DNA from: Octopus sinensis
Taxonomy: Eukaryota
NCBI RefSeq assembly: GCF_006345805.1
Contig: NC_043011.1
Location: 67,654,464 to 67,718,463, forward strand
Direction: 5' to 3'
Length of the DNA: 64,000 bases
Part shown: positions 12,780 to 26,290 of the stretch, piece after piece
Position numbering within the stretch: the first letter of the stretch is position 1
How the letters are laid out: each line of letters starts with the position of its first letter
The notes under the pieces: generated by a model
The model's database searches: none
The model's input: only the letters and a program-made list of their open reading frames with translations
Told to the model about the DNA's origin: nothing
Position numbers and translations under genes: made by a program

Positions 12780-13690
12780 TACGAGGTCTGATCAATAAGT
12801 ATTCAAACTGTTGCCATAGTAACGAAGCTAAAGCATGCAGAGTGAAGCTCCTTGAACTCTGCTCTGTATGCAAACTAAGTTTTAACGTTCTAGTTCACTT
12901 CTGCTATTTACAGCAGTGCCTGGAAGGAAGGTGTGTACCGTGATACTGTCACATTGGCCATGACAGATAAAGTTGTTATGGCGACAGCTGATCACAGGCC
13001 TACGCAAGGTTGCAGAAAGTGTATGGAGAGAAGTTTATGAGCCGCACACAAGTATACAAGTGGTTTAGACGTTTCAAAGATGACCGAAAAATGTCGATAT
13101 TGACGAACGTTCTGGGAGACCCGCAACCAGCAGAACTGAGGAAAAACATCACAAATGTACGTGCAGCTGTGAGGGGAAATAGTAGAATCACCATCTGTGA
13201 GTTATCAGAGCATGTGCAGATTAGTTACTGTTCAGTCCAGTCCATTATCACTAAAGATTTGAATATGAGACGCATGTCTGCCAAGTTTGTGTCAAAACTG
13301 CTTTCAACTGAACAAAAAGACACTCGGGCTTCAGTTCCGGGTTGCGGATCCGTGGAATAAGCTGCCGGACGAGATGGTGAAGATGCCGACGACCGCTCGG
13401 TTCAAAGTCTCCCTTGACCACAAGTGGCCTGAACTCTTTACATGAACACCACCCTGTACATAACTCCATGTCCCCCTAAATGGCCTTGCTTTTTGCCTTT
13501 TGAGCCAAAATTTAACTAACTAACTAATTAAAACCTCTTTGATCGTGTGGAGAACGATGAAAACTTTGCAAAGGCATCTTAGCAGGTATCCCAAAGCTTT
13601 TGGCAAAATTTGATGCAGATTCTCTGCTCAGCTTTCTCTGTCATGGTCAATGCGACGATCGCACACTACACACTTTCCTTCCAAGCACTA
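12780..13690 (+). mobile_element. Mariner-family DNA transposon relic with internal inverted duplication
   Basis: TIR-like TACGAGGTCTGATCAATAAGT; HTH fragment LQKVYGEKFMSRTQVYKWFRRFK; 13590-13690 is an inverted copy of the 5' region (MTEKAEQRICIKFCQKL on minus). Confidence 0.85.
13336..13531 (+). mobile_element. 5'-truncated copy of the LINE at 21724-24804 nested in the mariner
   Basis: Near-identical to 24614-24804, including the (TAAC)n tail. Confidence 0.92.
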
Positions 13691-13934
13691 TATATATATA
13701 TATATATATATGTGTGTGACAGCAGTGTTACCGATACATCAAACAAGTTGTCACCTTCTGAATTTTACTGAATAGAATGGGTCTTCGTGAATGTGCAATA
13801 AAGTCAAGGTTTGCGGTTAATTTTGACATATCTTTCAGACAACTCCGTCGCCTTATCCAGTAAGAATATGATTATCGAGGGATAAAAATCTACAATATCA
13901 AACTGTATATCTAACTGTATGCTTATTCTTTAAA

Positions 13935-14150
13935 TTCTTTTCTACTCTAGGCGTAAGGCCCGAAATTTTGGGGGAGGGAGCCAGTCAATTAGATCGACCC
14001 CAGTACGCAAATGGTGCTTAATTTATTGACCCTGAAAGGATGAAAGGCGAAGTCGACCCCGGCGGAACATGAGCTCAGAATATAAAGACAGACGAAAAGC
14101 TGCTAAGCATTTCTCCCGGCGTGCTAGCATTTCTGCCATCTCGCCACCTT
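13935..14150 (-). mobile_element. tRNA-derived SINE (family B, MetaSINE-like central domain)
   Basis: Minus strand gtcgacttcgcctttcatcctttcagggtcaataaattaagcacca; copies at 17678-17883 and 37460-37690, degenerate at 34585-34745. Confidence 0.75.
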
Positions 14151-14628
14151 GCTTATCCTTTGAATTCCTATGACAGTGCTCTGCTTATCCATTAGCTTCT
14201 TAATTTTATTTTTTATATTTCTTAGCAATATTTTTATACTAAAACTTTTCCGCTCCTTGCTGGTAGGACCGAAATAGGTTTATACAATGTATAAATCCTA
14301 AAGACTAATTCATTATCTGAAGATCTGACATTGTAATATGCTTATAAGGTTTTCCTTCCACAGCGGATATGTTTTTCATTAATAACAAAACATAATCCTC
14401 CGGATGACGTAAGAAAATAATTAAGGAACAATTTCGCCCTGTTTGTTTTGTTTTACTGCAGGAATCTCTGAACTTTCTAAACATGGAGACTAAGGAAAGG
14501 AAACTTGAGCTACAATATGAGTCTTCATCGCAGTTTTCTCATTGGATGCATTGAAATGAACGTGAAACTTTACATACTGATTTCACTTAAATCGCACATT
14601 ATATATATATATATATATACACGCGCAT

Positions 14629-14721
<93 letters not shown>

Positions 14722-14823
14722 GCATACACACTCCTACGAACATTTATCATATATGTGTATGTAAATATCTATATATGTGTTATATGTATGTTTGTGTATG
14801 TGTCTATATGTGTATAAGTAATT

Positions 14824-16047
14824 TAGGGTGAAGCGAAAAATATAACTTTCGAAATTTGTTACCAAAAATCGATATTTTGTTGAGAATTAGGGTTAAAAGA
14901 AAGGTGTATAAAGAATTTTGTGGTTAAATATTTTTTCAGGCTCCGTAACGCAATTAAAATTATTAAACATCGCCATTTTTGGTCGAACTTTGGATTTCAT
15001 GGGTTATAAAGTCATAACAAATATTGTTTCTACACAGCAGAAGGCAAAACAGTAAATATAATATACTTAAAAGGTTGCATACCAAGATTCAATATGATTT
15101 ACTAATATTTTGAGGTTCCGCATTGACGATAAATAGTACGGGAGTGTGATGACTCATAAGTCAATAAAGCGCCATGACAATGAATGCCCAATATTTTGTA
15201 CTCCGTGTGATCTTAGCGAGTGAGTTTTGCCAACTTACAAGGACGTACTAAAATGTGTTTTATTTGAACCAGAAAAAGAAAAGAATGTTATTAAGAAAGA
15301 TCCTTCAATTAAACTAATTATCGAGATTGTAACAGAAAAGATAATTCTTGCGTTATGATTGAGTCGGTTAAACCGAAAATCTTAAACTTTTATCTAAGGT
15401 ACCAAGCATTACAAAAATCTGTGAAAAATAGTAAAAATATGCCATCGTTTCAAACAGAAGGCAATGTGTTTAAAAACAATGCAACAAAAGATTTATTTGA
15501 CATTTGCTGCTCCAAGCGCATCTCCTTTAAAAACTGCAGTTGTAGTTGTGACAAAATGTACCACAGAGTGAACAATATTTTTTACAGGATCAACGTGTCA
15601 AGAATCAAAAATTGGTTTACACGTAATTTTATTTTAATGTGTGTGTAATCTAGATCTCATCTAACACATATTTTCGATGACCTGGTGTTACGAATAATAG
15701 AGAAAACAAAAGTCGAAAAGTCTATTTATTTCACATAATTTCAAAATTTCAAGTGCGTTGCGTAACTTGAAGATATAAATATTAGAGCTTGAACATTTAA
15801 TACTCTTGTTTCTAAAGGATGTTATAAAGAAAAAGGGGTTCGTTATAATGAATGTGAAAAATAAAATGAAGTACAGCAAACGTGTTATAAATTGAATTTT
15901 CGCTCATTATTCAAAATTTCAAGTGAGCGGAGCTGAAAAATGTAAATTAAGGAACTTCAGATTTTAACAGTTGTTTTTAAAGAATTTCGCAATAAAACAT
16001 ATATTTCTGGCAACATATTTCAAAAGTACCTTTTTCACTCCACCCTA
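14824..16047 (+). mobile_element. hAT-type (hATm-like) DNA transposon deletion derivative
   Basis: Imperfect long TIRs TAGGGTG.../...CACCCTA; internal fragments LPTYKDVL and LFDICCSK..CSC..FLQDQR. The family assignment is from recall, not a search. Confidence 0.6.
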
Positions 16048-16063
16048 ACGTACATATATACAT

Positions 16064-16141
<78 letters not shown>

Positions 16142-16166
16142 TATATATTGTCTTTTCTTCTTCCAG

Positions 16167-16285
16167 CTAATCGCAGTATTTGAAATCTGTCACCGATATA
16201 CATCTACGCACCCACCATTGACTGATGGAAGTATACAGCATGCTCTAAATACATTCGTGATACTTTCACTTCAGGTGGTAACTGG
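16167..16285 (+). pseudogene. Candidate Bcl-2-family BH1-BH2 exon (apparent 1-nt frameshift)
   Basis: Strong acceptor tcttttcttcttccAG; LIAVFEICHRY... continues the exon 10351 frame; shifted frame KYIRDTFTSGGNW ends at donor GTaggt (16286). Confidence 0.5.
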
Positions 16286-17677
16286 GTAGGTTTTGAATTC
16301 CTTTCTTAATATTTTTTGCTATACAATATTTTCGTAAAATTTAGATTATTTTCGAGATACCTTTGTAATAATTTTCTGAAGTATTTCCATTTTGTTTTTT
16401 CACATTTCAAGCTATTCTATTCTGTTGACTCCATTGTGTTCCTGTGTTCCTTTTTGAAGACTGTTTCTTTTAGAGATCTCTGTGTAGATCCATTTCTTGA
16501 CCATTCCATAGTGTTATTTTAGTCTATCGTTGCTGGTTTGCCCTGATTTTCTTCCTATTTTTGCCCTTTTTTGCTATAACTTCTGTAATATTGCTGTAGA
16601 TTTCGTTATATTTTCACTTATAGATTGTAAAGTGTCATTTTTCTTCACGCTTTTCATATTATTATCTGACATTTTGTGTTCAATTTATAGATAAGGTAAC
16701 AATTTCTTGTATACTCATTTGCATCATTCTTCTTTAGATTCCCCGTTGTAATTATAGATGTTTTCTTAACATTTTTGTAGTCTTTTTGTACACTATTCCA
16801 TTTAGTATACAGATTTTAGTTTCCTCTTAGGCGACTTTACAATTTTATTAAGGTTGTTGTTCAGCTGGATCAAGGACGGATGAATCAAAATGTAATCTAT
16901 ATCTGCTCTTGACTACGTAGGCATCTAAAACAATTTGCTGTAGCGTGATATATGCTACCAGATCATACTTGCTCGCAACAGATGTTTAAGCTTTTTGCGT
17001 GTAAAGAGAATATCCTAGAGTTGTTAGATAACAAAAATTGTGAACAAAATTTTGTTAATTAGAGCCATGATAGGCTGACGGCTGATCATTTTACTCACTT
17101 CACCACACAACCCCTGCTAATCTTTCTATCTCTAATTACTGAATCAAAATCACTTTTTTATAGCGTTATTCTCAATACAGCAAGGTGTTCCGCTTGGATC
17201 CGATATCAAAAACCTTGAATAAAAATATAAAATTGATGAAGTTATAATGAAAACATGTAAATAGATTTAAGCAATTAATTTAAGTGAGAAGATCGAGGGA
17301 GAAGATCAAGTAGTGCAATGGTAACACTGTCATCTTACAACAAGAGATATGGTCAAGATCATTTTGGTGGTATGGCACCTTTTTCTGCCGCAAAGCAAGC
17401 GCTGAGATTGATGTAACTGACTACCCCCCCTCCACAAAAGCCTCAAACTCTGTGCCTTTAGTAGAAAGCATTATTTTCAGTTGCAATATTAACTGCTGTC
17501 TCTCAGCAGTAACACAAAATTAAAGTCGCTAATGTTAAGAGTTACCAATCTATATTTAAAATGTGCAAACGAACCATATTTCTATACATTCGTCTGTTGT
17601 TGATCTTTTTTTCATTAATTTTCAATAAAAATTCACATCCACTGAACAGCTAACCTCAACAACAACCACGATACATA

Positions 17678-17883
17678 TTCTTTTCTACTCTAGGCACAAA
17701 GTCCGAATTTTGGGAGAGGGAGCCAATCGATTAGATCGATCCCAGTTCGCAACTGGTACTTAATTTATCGACCCCGAAAAGCAAAGTCGACCTCGGCGGA
17801 ATTTGAACTCAGAACGTTAAGACAGATGAAATAGCGCTAACCATTTCCCCCGGCGTGCTAACGTTTCTGCCAGCTCGCCTTCT
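17678..17883 (-). mobile_element. SINE family B
   Basis: Similar to 13935-14150. Confidence 0.8.
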
Positions 17884-18140
17884 TACAACCACAATATATT
17901 TTGTTCCTTTTACGACCCCAAAGTACTTTGTTTGAATTAGTTGATGGCCACTTTTGCACTAATATCCTTTTTGATTGGATTTCATTAATTTATTCGACAG
18001 CCTTTATATATTTTGTTGAATGGCTGTTCTTAGTACTTTGGTGTCGTATATTGTTTTAGCAACAATATCCTGTCACATCAGAACGTAGTGTCCCAAAATA
18101 TTTTCGTAAGTACTAATTAAATATCTAATTTCTTCCACAG

Positions 18141-18341
18141 ATATATGGCATAATCGATATTCTCAATTTCATCTTGGAACATTATGGACATTACATATAT
18201 TTCTGTTGACATTAGCATCGCTCACAAGGTTTCATCTGCCGAAATCATGCATGATATTCATGTGTGAAATATTTCTTACCAGAGTTTCTTATGCTCATCC
18301 AGCAGTTCTGGGATAACCACACGGAACTTTATGGGAACTGG
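18141..18341 (+). pseudogene. Second candidate BH1-BH2-like exon with internal stops
   Basis: Acceptor tttcttccacAG; 201 nt, phase 0-0; IYGIIDILNFILEHYG...FLMLIQQFWDNHTELYGNW|GTaat; three stops in the middle. Confidence 0.35.
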
Positions 18342-20036
18342 GTAATCCTTGAGAGTAAACAGCTGACTCTGATATTTCAGCTGTTGTTCTCTCATTTGAA
18401 CACTTAAATGAGTTAATTGTTCTAACCTTTGGTGTAAAGGTTAAGAATTCAGGAAAGAATAGACAAAATATTTGTGTAGTCTGTTTTTCATCGGGTGATC
18501 CCAGCTATCTTCACAATATATAGTGGGATCAAATATTTGAATTTGAAATGAAGGAAATGTGTAGTAAAAGGCGTGTATAATTCAGATATTTTACTTTTAT
18601 TTCTTATTTTGTTTACTTATTACGAAGTACTAAAACTTTTTGGTCGATGGCAATTACGTATAGGGCTATTTCATTCTTATTAGAAACTGTCAGCATGATT
18701 TAACATGTGACTTATAAACATTTTATGGAGCGAGATATCTCGTTAAAGATGGACATATTTACAATCAGGAGCAAATACATGGAATGTACGTTTTAAAATC
18801 ATATTTGTGTAAAACAATCTTAAGAGTAATAACCTTTTTTTTTATTCTCATGCACTAGAATGGATTTTTCTAAACTCTTAAATTATATTTTGAAAAATCT
18901 GTGACGCAATTAGGTAGCATTGCGACGAACATAGATACTTCTTTGGCGATTCAGTGTAGCGTAGCGCACTATTTACGTTCGTCTGATCTAGATCACTGTC
19001 ACATGTATGCAAACATTTATTTACTCTCCAACACATATAATCACTGAGTTTGATATTATTTTTGGAGATATCAACAATAATAGATTGCACGAGAGAGATC
19101 GCCATGTTTCTGCCTTTAAAAAAATTTGTCTGATGACAGTTTCGGAAAATTAGAAGAAAATTTTCCCAATTTTCGACTGTAAACTTTTTAAATTTGTATT
19201 TATTCTACAGTCATGTCAATCAGTTTCTTTTTAATGCAGAAACATAAGTATTGGGTGATAGTGATGACTGTGACGATAAAGTCGATAATTTAATTACATT
19301 TTAGTAATTCTCTTCTACGGCACCTTTTGACTTACGTATGCTGCTAAGGAAATAAACTGACAATCGAACAGCTTGGATAACAACTTCTATCTATTTCTGG
19401 AATTTTTGAGACAAAGAAATTTGGATGAATATTACTGGTCGAATAGTCAAGAAGGCCACTTCGCTGTCAAGAGGTCTTACGCTCAATCCGGGTCAATCAC
19501 GGTCTCTGGTGATTGCATAACTTCTTGGACGAATATACTGGATCATAGTATCCAACGAAGGAATAACTGGCCATGGGGGTTATTATTGCAGTGAAGATAT
19601 AGTATATAGAGAGAGATAAATAGACAGAATGAGGGAGAGAGAGAGAAAGAAAAAGATACAGAAATGGAGAGAGATAAATAGAGAGACGTTATATAATTAA
19701 TTGGAAAGTAGTTTAAGAATGAGTAAAGGACTATTATAAGGTTTACTGCCTTTTTTAATTTACTGCCCAGAATTTGAGCAAATACATTTGAAGTATTGTG
19801 TCGGATGTGTGACCAATACTCCTGCACAGGAATGGGATACAAATACAACAGATATAGGCTCTGTCTGCAGTTTGCTCTAAGTGTTTCCCTTTTCTGCAAC
19901 ATTGTGTGTCTCTCCGACATATTTAGTAACCTGTTATTGCTATAAATATTAACATTGACGTCAAGTTTCTGGTTAACATAGCCATGCTTAATATATAATT
20001 TACATACAAATACCACATTTTCTTTTACTCTTTCAG

Positions 20037-20216
20037 AAACCAGAAAGAAATTAAGTAAATACTACAAACTTCGATGATGAGGCAGACAACCTAACTGAAA
20101 AAGTGAATGAAGAAAATTTTAGAGAAGAAAACCAAGGAGATGGCCCCTTACTGACTATTGCTGAGAACAATGATAACTACGACCCACAAGGATTTGCCTC
20201 CTTCAAATGGTTGTGA
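20037..20216 (+). pseudogene. Candidate downstream/terminal exon (acidic, early TAA at 20052)
   Basis: Strong acceptor tttcttttactctttcAG; frame 0 KPERN*VNTTNFDDEADNLTEKVNEENFREE...GFASFKWL*. Confidence 0.3.
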
Positions 20217-20439
20217 CAAGTTCTTTTTCTTACAAAGGAACTCAGACAAAGGACGTCCAATAAGCCTGATCGTTCATAGTAACAGGCAGATTTTCCAGCG
20301 TTATACCAGTTATATTGCGCTGGTTGGTCGATGTAGGTTAAATGAGGGTTTTTTGTCATGAGTAGTCTTCCATAACAACAACTTATGAACCACCTGTGAT
20401 AAGACAAAAGGGTCAAAGGTCGTTCCTGAGACAGAAGAT

Positions 20440-20675
20440 TAGAAAACCGGTTTCCGGATTCTTTGGCGTAAATATTCCCCACCCCACCTTCTCCACTTCC
20501 TGGACGAGAGTCAGGTCCATTGCAAATTGCTCATTTTTGCCAGCCCAAGTGGACTGGAACAACGTGAAATGAAGTGTCTAACTCAAGAATACAATGCATC
20601 GCCCAGCCCAGGAATCGAAACCGCAGTCATACAATCATGTGTCCAACACCCTAACCACAATGCACCTCCACAGTG
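20440..20675 (-). mobile_element. tRNA-derived SINE (family C)
   Basis: ggactggaacaacgtgaaatgaagtgtc...ggaatcgaaacc...ccctaaccac; related copies at 35425-35555, 60760-60875 and 62350-63030. Confidence 0.7.
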
Positions 20676-21723
20676 ATAATAATAGAAAGGAAAAAAACAT
20701 TTCCACTTTTGTGCTGGGTGTAGAGTCGACTTTTTCTCTCTGGGGTCCTTCACTATAAAAACTATTAGTGGGTCCTTAATTCATTTAAAGTAACGTTTAA
20801 AATATTTGGTGAGGTTACTTTATACAGGGACACCATCTCATTGGATTAACCATAGTTAAGTTAGCATTCGTGTATTTGATATAATGAGTATCAAAATTTT
20901 AATTAGAAATGATTATGTGGAGAGGGAAGAAACAACATAAACCCACAACCTTCTATTTGTATTTACTGATAATCTCGTTACTACTACATGTACAGTGTAA
21001 TATATTCTTGGCTGGAGAGGGCTGATAACACCGAAACATACTGGTAGTAGTCTCCTGTAGATGGCAAAAGGATGAACATAATACTACGTAATGAAATAAT
21101 GTCCTTACTCAACCATATAAAAACTTTTTCATTAGATTTCTGATACTCTATTAACAATTCTTTTCCCATGCAGATGACGTGTTTAAAAAAATTAACGTTT
21201 CTGATTTCATTTCTTTAAATAAGGTAAATTTCCATATTTTCACAAATATATATATACTTCGTGATTCTAGTATAATTATTTCTATAAGAATGTCGTTTAA
21301 ATTTGACGATGTAACACCAGTCCAGAGTTGCCTTCCTTGTCTACAAAAACTTACTAACGACAAATTTTATCCAGAATTTTTTTTTTTTTTGTAAGTAATC
21401 AATGAAAGCGTTATAATAATTATAAATAATTATATTTTAACAATTATAGATAATTGTAAATAATTATATAATAAGTATAAATAAAAATAGTTTTGATTCC
21501 AACTGTATTATTTAAAATCTTCATTTGACAGAAGTATTACTTGAAATATCCATTTGACGCAAATAAACCCTTATCGCTGCCAAATCTTAAATCTCTATCT
21601 CTCATATATTTAGAATGGGTAATTACGGAGAGAGAAAATTAAGAAAGAGATTGAAAGAAAAGTAGATAAAAATACATAAATACGTGTGTGTGCGTGTTTG
21701 CATGATATATATATCATAATATA

Positions 21724-24700
21724 TCCGAACTAAAGATGAGGAAACAAATGGGAGAGAAGGGTTTACGCATCCAAGATGGACAGATAATCAAGTCCTACCT
21801 CTGATCCCATGCTGTAGTGCTGACAGGGAAAGTGAAGTGAGGGCAAATCGAAGTGGAGTTGATACCCCCGTCAACGATGCTATCTCTGATACCCCTTATT
21901 CTGCTTGTTCCCCAACTCCCGCCCCTCAGACTTTACAGCTCAGCATCGTCTATACCAACTCGTGCTCCTTATTCCCAAAGTTCAGTGAACTATTTACACT
22001 GGCCATACGTGACTCCCCTGTTGTGATAGCTATCACCGAGACTTGGCTGACTCCAGCAGTAAAGGACTCAGAAATCCACCTGCAGGGCTACGTCCTTTTC
22101 AGATGTGACAGAGGAAAAAGGCGAGGTGGAGGTGTTGCTGTGTATGTTAAGTCTGAGCACAAACCGTCCAGCGGTATTCTACCCACTAATGCTCAACCTA
22201 CAACAAAATTTGATGCCGTCTATTGCTAGCTGAGCCTATCCGAGTTTTGCCTGCCCGTGTTGGCTGTCTACAGGCCGCCTCTTGCCGACCCCCAGGACGA
22301 TGCTCATTTACTCGAAGCGATAAGATTCGTTTCAGCTTCGCATGACTGTTTGGTACTAGGAGACTTCAACGCTCCCACGATCGATTGGCCCGCATCAATT
22401 TGTACAACATCTTCCCGGTTCGGCCAGGCCCTTCTTGACGTGGCTGAAGATTGTTTTCTATCGCAACATGTTGAATATCTGACAAGGCATCGGTCTGGGC
22501 AGCAGCCATCTATGCTAGATCTGGTATTCTCCCGCTATCCAAGATCAGTGTCAGACGTATCTGTGTGCGCCCCTCTTGCCAAGAGTGATCATGCGGTCCT
22601 GAAGTTCGTCATGCACACAACTTTTTCTACGCCCACGACTACTTCGCTGCCACGTAGAGTCTTCTCTGCAATTAATCTTGAAATTCTAACCGAGGCTTCC
22701 GCGCTTCTGGACTGGCGATCCCTGATGACGTTGTCCTCAGTTGACGAACTATGGTCATCCCTCAAAGCATATGTAATCTGGTTGACTGACCAGGCAGTTC
22801 CCGTTGGGCTTCCCAAGAAGAAGAAACACAAGCCCTGGGTGACGAAGAAGGTTAAACGAGAACGTCGACTCAGAGATATTGCTTGGGCTGAATTCAAAAA
22901 TCTGGATTCGACTGCAGCTTTTGAGGTGTACAAAACTCAACGAGACCGAGCCGTGAAAATTGAAAAGAAAGAACGCTTCAGTTATGAATACAAAATCGCG
23001 GCAAATGCCAGTAGCAATCCAAAAACCTTCTTTGCCCATGTCCAGCGGAATTCCCGCTTGAACAGCCAGATTGCAACGTTGGTAGACTCAACAGGCGTAT
23101 CGATTGAGGACCCTTATCAACAGAGCCAATTATTTGCCGAGGCTTTTTCAACTATTTTCAAACAAGATGATGGTCGTGAACCCCCTCCATTTGATAGATC
23201 GGTACCTCCAATGCTTCGATTGGTCATCACGAGGGACGAAGTCAAACGTGTTATTCAAGGCCTCGATGTCAACAAGGGTCACGGCCCTGACGGCATACAC
23301 CCACGGGTTATCAAAGCGTTGGCTCCGGTCATCTGCGAGCCCTTAACACGTCTATTCAATATGTCATTGGCGACGGGTGTTATACCTGCAGACTGGAGAA
23401 CAGCGATAATCTGCCCAATTTTCAAGAAAGGGAGCCGCGAAGACCCGCTTAACTACCGACCGGTTTCCCTTACATCAATAATCAGCAAGATGTTCGAAAC
23501 CATCTTAAGAAAAGTATGATGCTCCACCTCCTAAACACAGCCTCTATCTCGATTCCCAACACGGCTTCGTGCCGAAGAGATCATGCTTGACCAACTTACT
23601 TGTAATGGAAGAATTGGTGACGCGCATCCTCGATGATAGTGATGCTGTTGACATCGTTTTATTGGACTTTGCCAAAGCTCTTGACTCGGTAAACCACCGC
23701 CTAATACTTGTCAAGCTTCAAGAATATAGTTTCCATCCGGATATTGTAAGATGGGTTGGTGCCTTCCTCTCAGATCGCTCCTTCCAAGTCCAAGTTAATG
23801 GTTCGCGGTCCGACGTCTCCAGTGCGAGCAGTGGCGTGCCTCAAGGTTCAGTGCTTGGGCCCTGGTTGTTCTTAGTCTTCATAAATGACTTGCCCGACGA
23901 CCTCACGCAACACACCCTTCTATTTGCCGACGATATCAAACTGGTCGCTCCTCGCGGTGATATAGAGGATCTTCGTCGATGCCTCCACCAAATTTGGAAG
24001 TGGTCTAACGATTGGGACCTGTGTCTGAACGTGTCAAAGTGCTGTCATCTGCCTGTTGGCTCTCCTCCTGCAACTCAACTTGACTTCGAGCCGGGTCGTC
24101 TGCTGCTGGAGAGGACCGATCAGGTAAAGGACCTGGGTATCTTGGTGGATTCCTCCTTTTCGCCTTCGGCCCAGTGCGTCCATGCTGCCAACAAAGCACG
24201 CGGAATTCTGTTCTTGATTCGACGGTCATTCGGAATGCTCACAGCAGCCATATTCCTACCACTCTATGTCACGCTGGTGAGACCCATATTGGAGTATGGG
24301 ATTCAAGCCTCTTCTCCTTATCTCCTCAAAGACATACAGCATCTCGAAATAGTCCAGAGGCTGGCTACCCGCATGGTTCATGGTCTCAAAAATTTGTCCT
24401 ACGAAGAAAGGCTGAGGACGCTCGACCTTTGTTCTCTTGAAAAACGCCGCCGCCGTGGTGATCTCATTCTCGCCCACAACATCATAAGCGGGAAGTGTAA
24501 CCTCTCGAAAGAGCTGTTCTTCACTCCGGCTCCAGAGCGTCGGCTGCGGGGTCATTCCGAAAAGCTCTACCTGCGACGATTTCATCTCAATCGAAGGAGA
24601 GGAGCTTTCTCCGTCCGGGTTGCGGATCCGTGGAACAAGCTGCCAGACGAGATGGTGAAGATGCCGACGACCGCTTTGTTCAAAGCCTCCCTGGACCTCA

Positions 24701-24787
24701 AGTGGCCTGAACTCTTTACATGAACACCACCCTGTACTTAACTCCATGTCCCCCTACATGGCCTTGCTATTTATTTTTGAGCCAAAT

Positions 24788-24804
<17 letters not shown>
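21724..24804 (+). mobile_element. CR1/L2-group LINE, ORF1 C-terminus plus complete ORF2 (APE endonuclease + RT), one stop and one frameshift
   Basis: YTN, ITETWL, YRPP, GDFN, SDH (APE); NYRPVSL, QHGF, DFAKA, GVPQGSVLGP, FADD (RT); stop at 22227, frameshift near 23515; 3' (TAAC)n tail. Confidence 0.95.
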
Positions 24805-24879
<75 letters not shown>

Positions 24880-24985
24880 AATGTGTGTGTATATGTGTGT
24901 GCGTGTGTGTATTGCGTGTGTGTGTGTGCGTGTGTGTTTATATATATATATATATATATATATACACTGATAAACTTTTTTTGTT

Positions 24986-25051
<66 letters not shown>

Positions 25052-25136
25052 ATATTATATATATATATATATATGTACATGTTTATATATTTGTTGTGCA
25101 AGATTTTTTATGTGGAACAGATGTTGTTATATTTCG

Positions 25137-25484
25137 GAATGGTCATTTTGCCAGTTTAGCCAATAAAAACACACGCACTATATATTTGGTGTTATTTTGC
25201 TTCAGTGTTATTTATTTTTTATATTAATCTTAATCTTATTTCGGCCAGAGTTCTTTCGTCACACTCCTGTGACCGCATCAGTGGTCCTTTGTTTTCTTCT
25301 TTCTTATTTGCGTCTCTCCTTACCAACAGTCAGCCATTTTGTATTTCTATTGTATGTCTTCATTTGCGCATGCTTATATCTCTATGTACGTCTATGTTTA
25401 TTTAGTGTGTGTGCCTGAGCAAAATAACAACAAATATATAGTGCGTGTGTTTTTATTGGCTAAACTGGCAAAATGACCATTCCT
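25137..25484. repeat. Small element with about 65-bp inverted arms (25137-25202 / 25418-25484) enclosing a hammerhead-like motif (25245-25284, minus)
   Basis: gaatggtcattttgccagtttagccaataaaaacacacgcactatatatttg and its reverse complement; internal cca-CTGATGC-g-gtcac..gtgac-GAAA-gaac-TC-tgg. Confidence 0.7.
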
Positions 25485-25490
25485 ATATAT

Positions 25491-25522
<32 letters not shown>

Positions 25523-25523
<1 letters not shown>

Positions 25524-26290
25524 CTAGCAGCTAAGCCCGGTTTCACCCGGTCTGTTTGGATGATGTGGCTGTCATCGTTTCCGGTCAGGCATAATCTATA
25601 ACAGTGTTTCTCAGCCTTATCATTTCGGGTTTCCTGTTTCGATTGGAGCCTCCAGCTGTATGAAAATTTCCTGACCCTCCTCCCCCTATCAGAAAACATC
25701 TTCAGGAGTTGTGAAAAGTAATTTGTACGTAGTCTGTTTCTGAGAGATATTGTATTGGACCTCTATCTAATCATTAAAACATTGATTTAATTATGAACAT
25801 AGAAATAAATTCTACATTAGTACCTATTTTTGTAAGCAGTTATATCCATAAAAATTTTATTTGCAGAGAGCAGAAATTGAAAGAAGATATATGAAATGGA
25901 CGTATGTGTATGTGTGTGTTGTGTGTCTGTTTGTGTGTGCATGTGTGCGTGTATGTGTTTACAATAGTTGATTTATGGAAAAGATTATGTAAAATTTTTG
26001 AAATGCAAATATGTGAATGAAAATTAAGTTCAGACCTCTACATTGTAGCTAGACCTGATAGAAATAGCAAAATGGTATATGCCGGCTGTGTGAGCAACTG
26101 GTTGTTTTAATGGCGGAACAAACAGGGGAATTCTATTTGAAAAAGTTTTAATCGATTTTCTCAATAAGTATGGGGGCTAGGAAAATAATACAAACCGCAT
26201 TCCAGTCTATGCACCCATCCTCACATGTGTGCCATTTTTTCACGCGACAAGAAAGAATACAATGATCGCCCATGTCCAATTTATATTATA
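25523..26290 (-). mobile_element. Helitron-like non-autonomous element
   Basis: CTAG terminus in an AT site with subterminal hairpin ccgg-tttcac-ccgg; the other end runs into (TA)n. Confidence 0.5.

Noticed and set aside
13839-13859. 21-nt micro-exon candidate (tttcAG...GTaaga)
   Set aside because: Splice-like signals alone are common in AT-rich DNA; no coding evidence
16330-16870. Possible very old LINE fragment on the minus strand
   Set aside because: No recognisable motif could be read with confidence
19373-19594. ORF with NLDEYYW...SGSITVSG
   Set aside because: At best a faint Tc1/Tc3 transposase relic; no TIRs or splice support found, so not called
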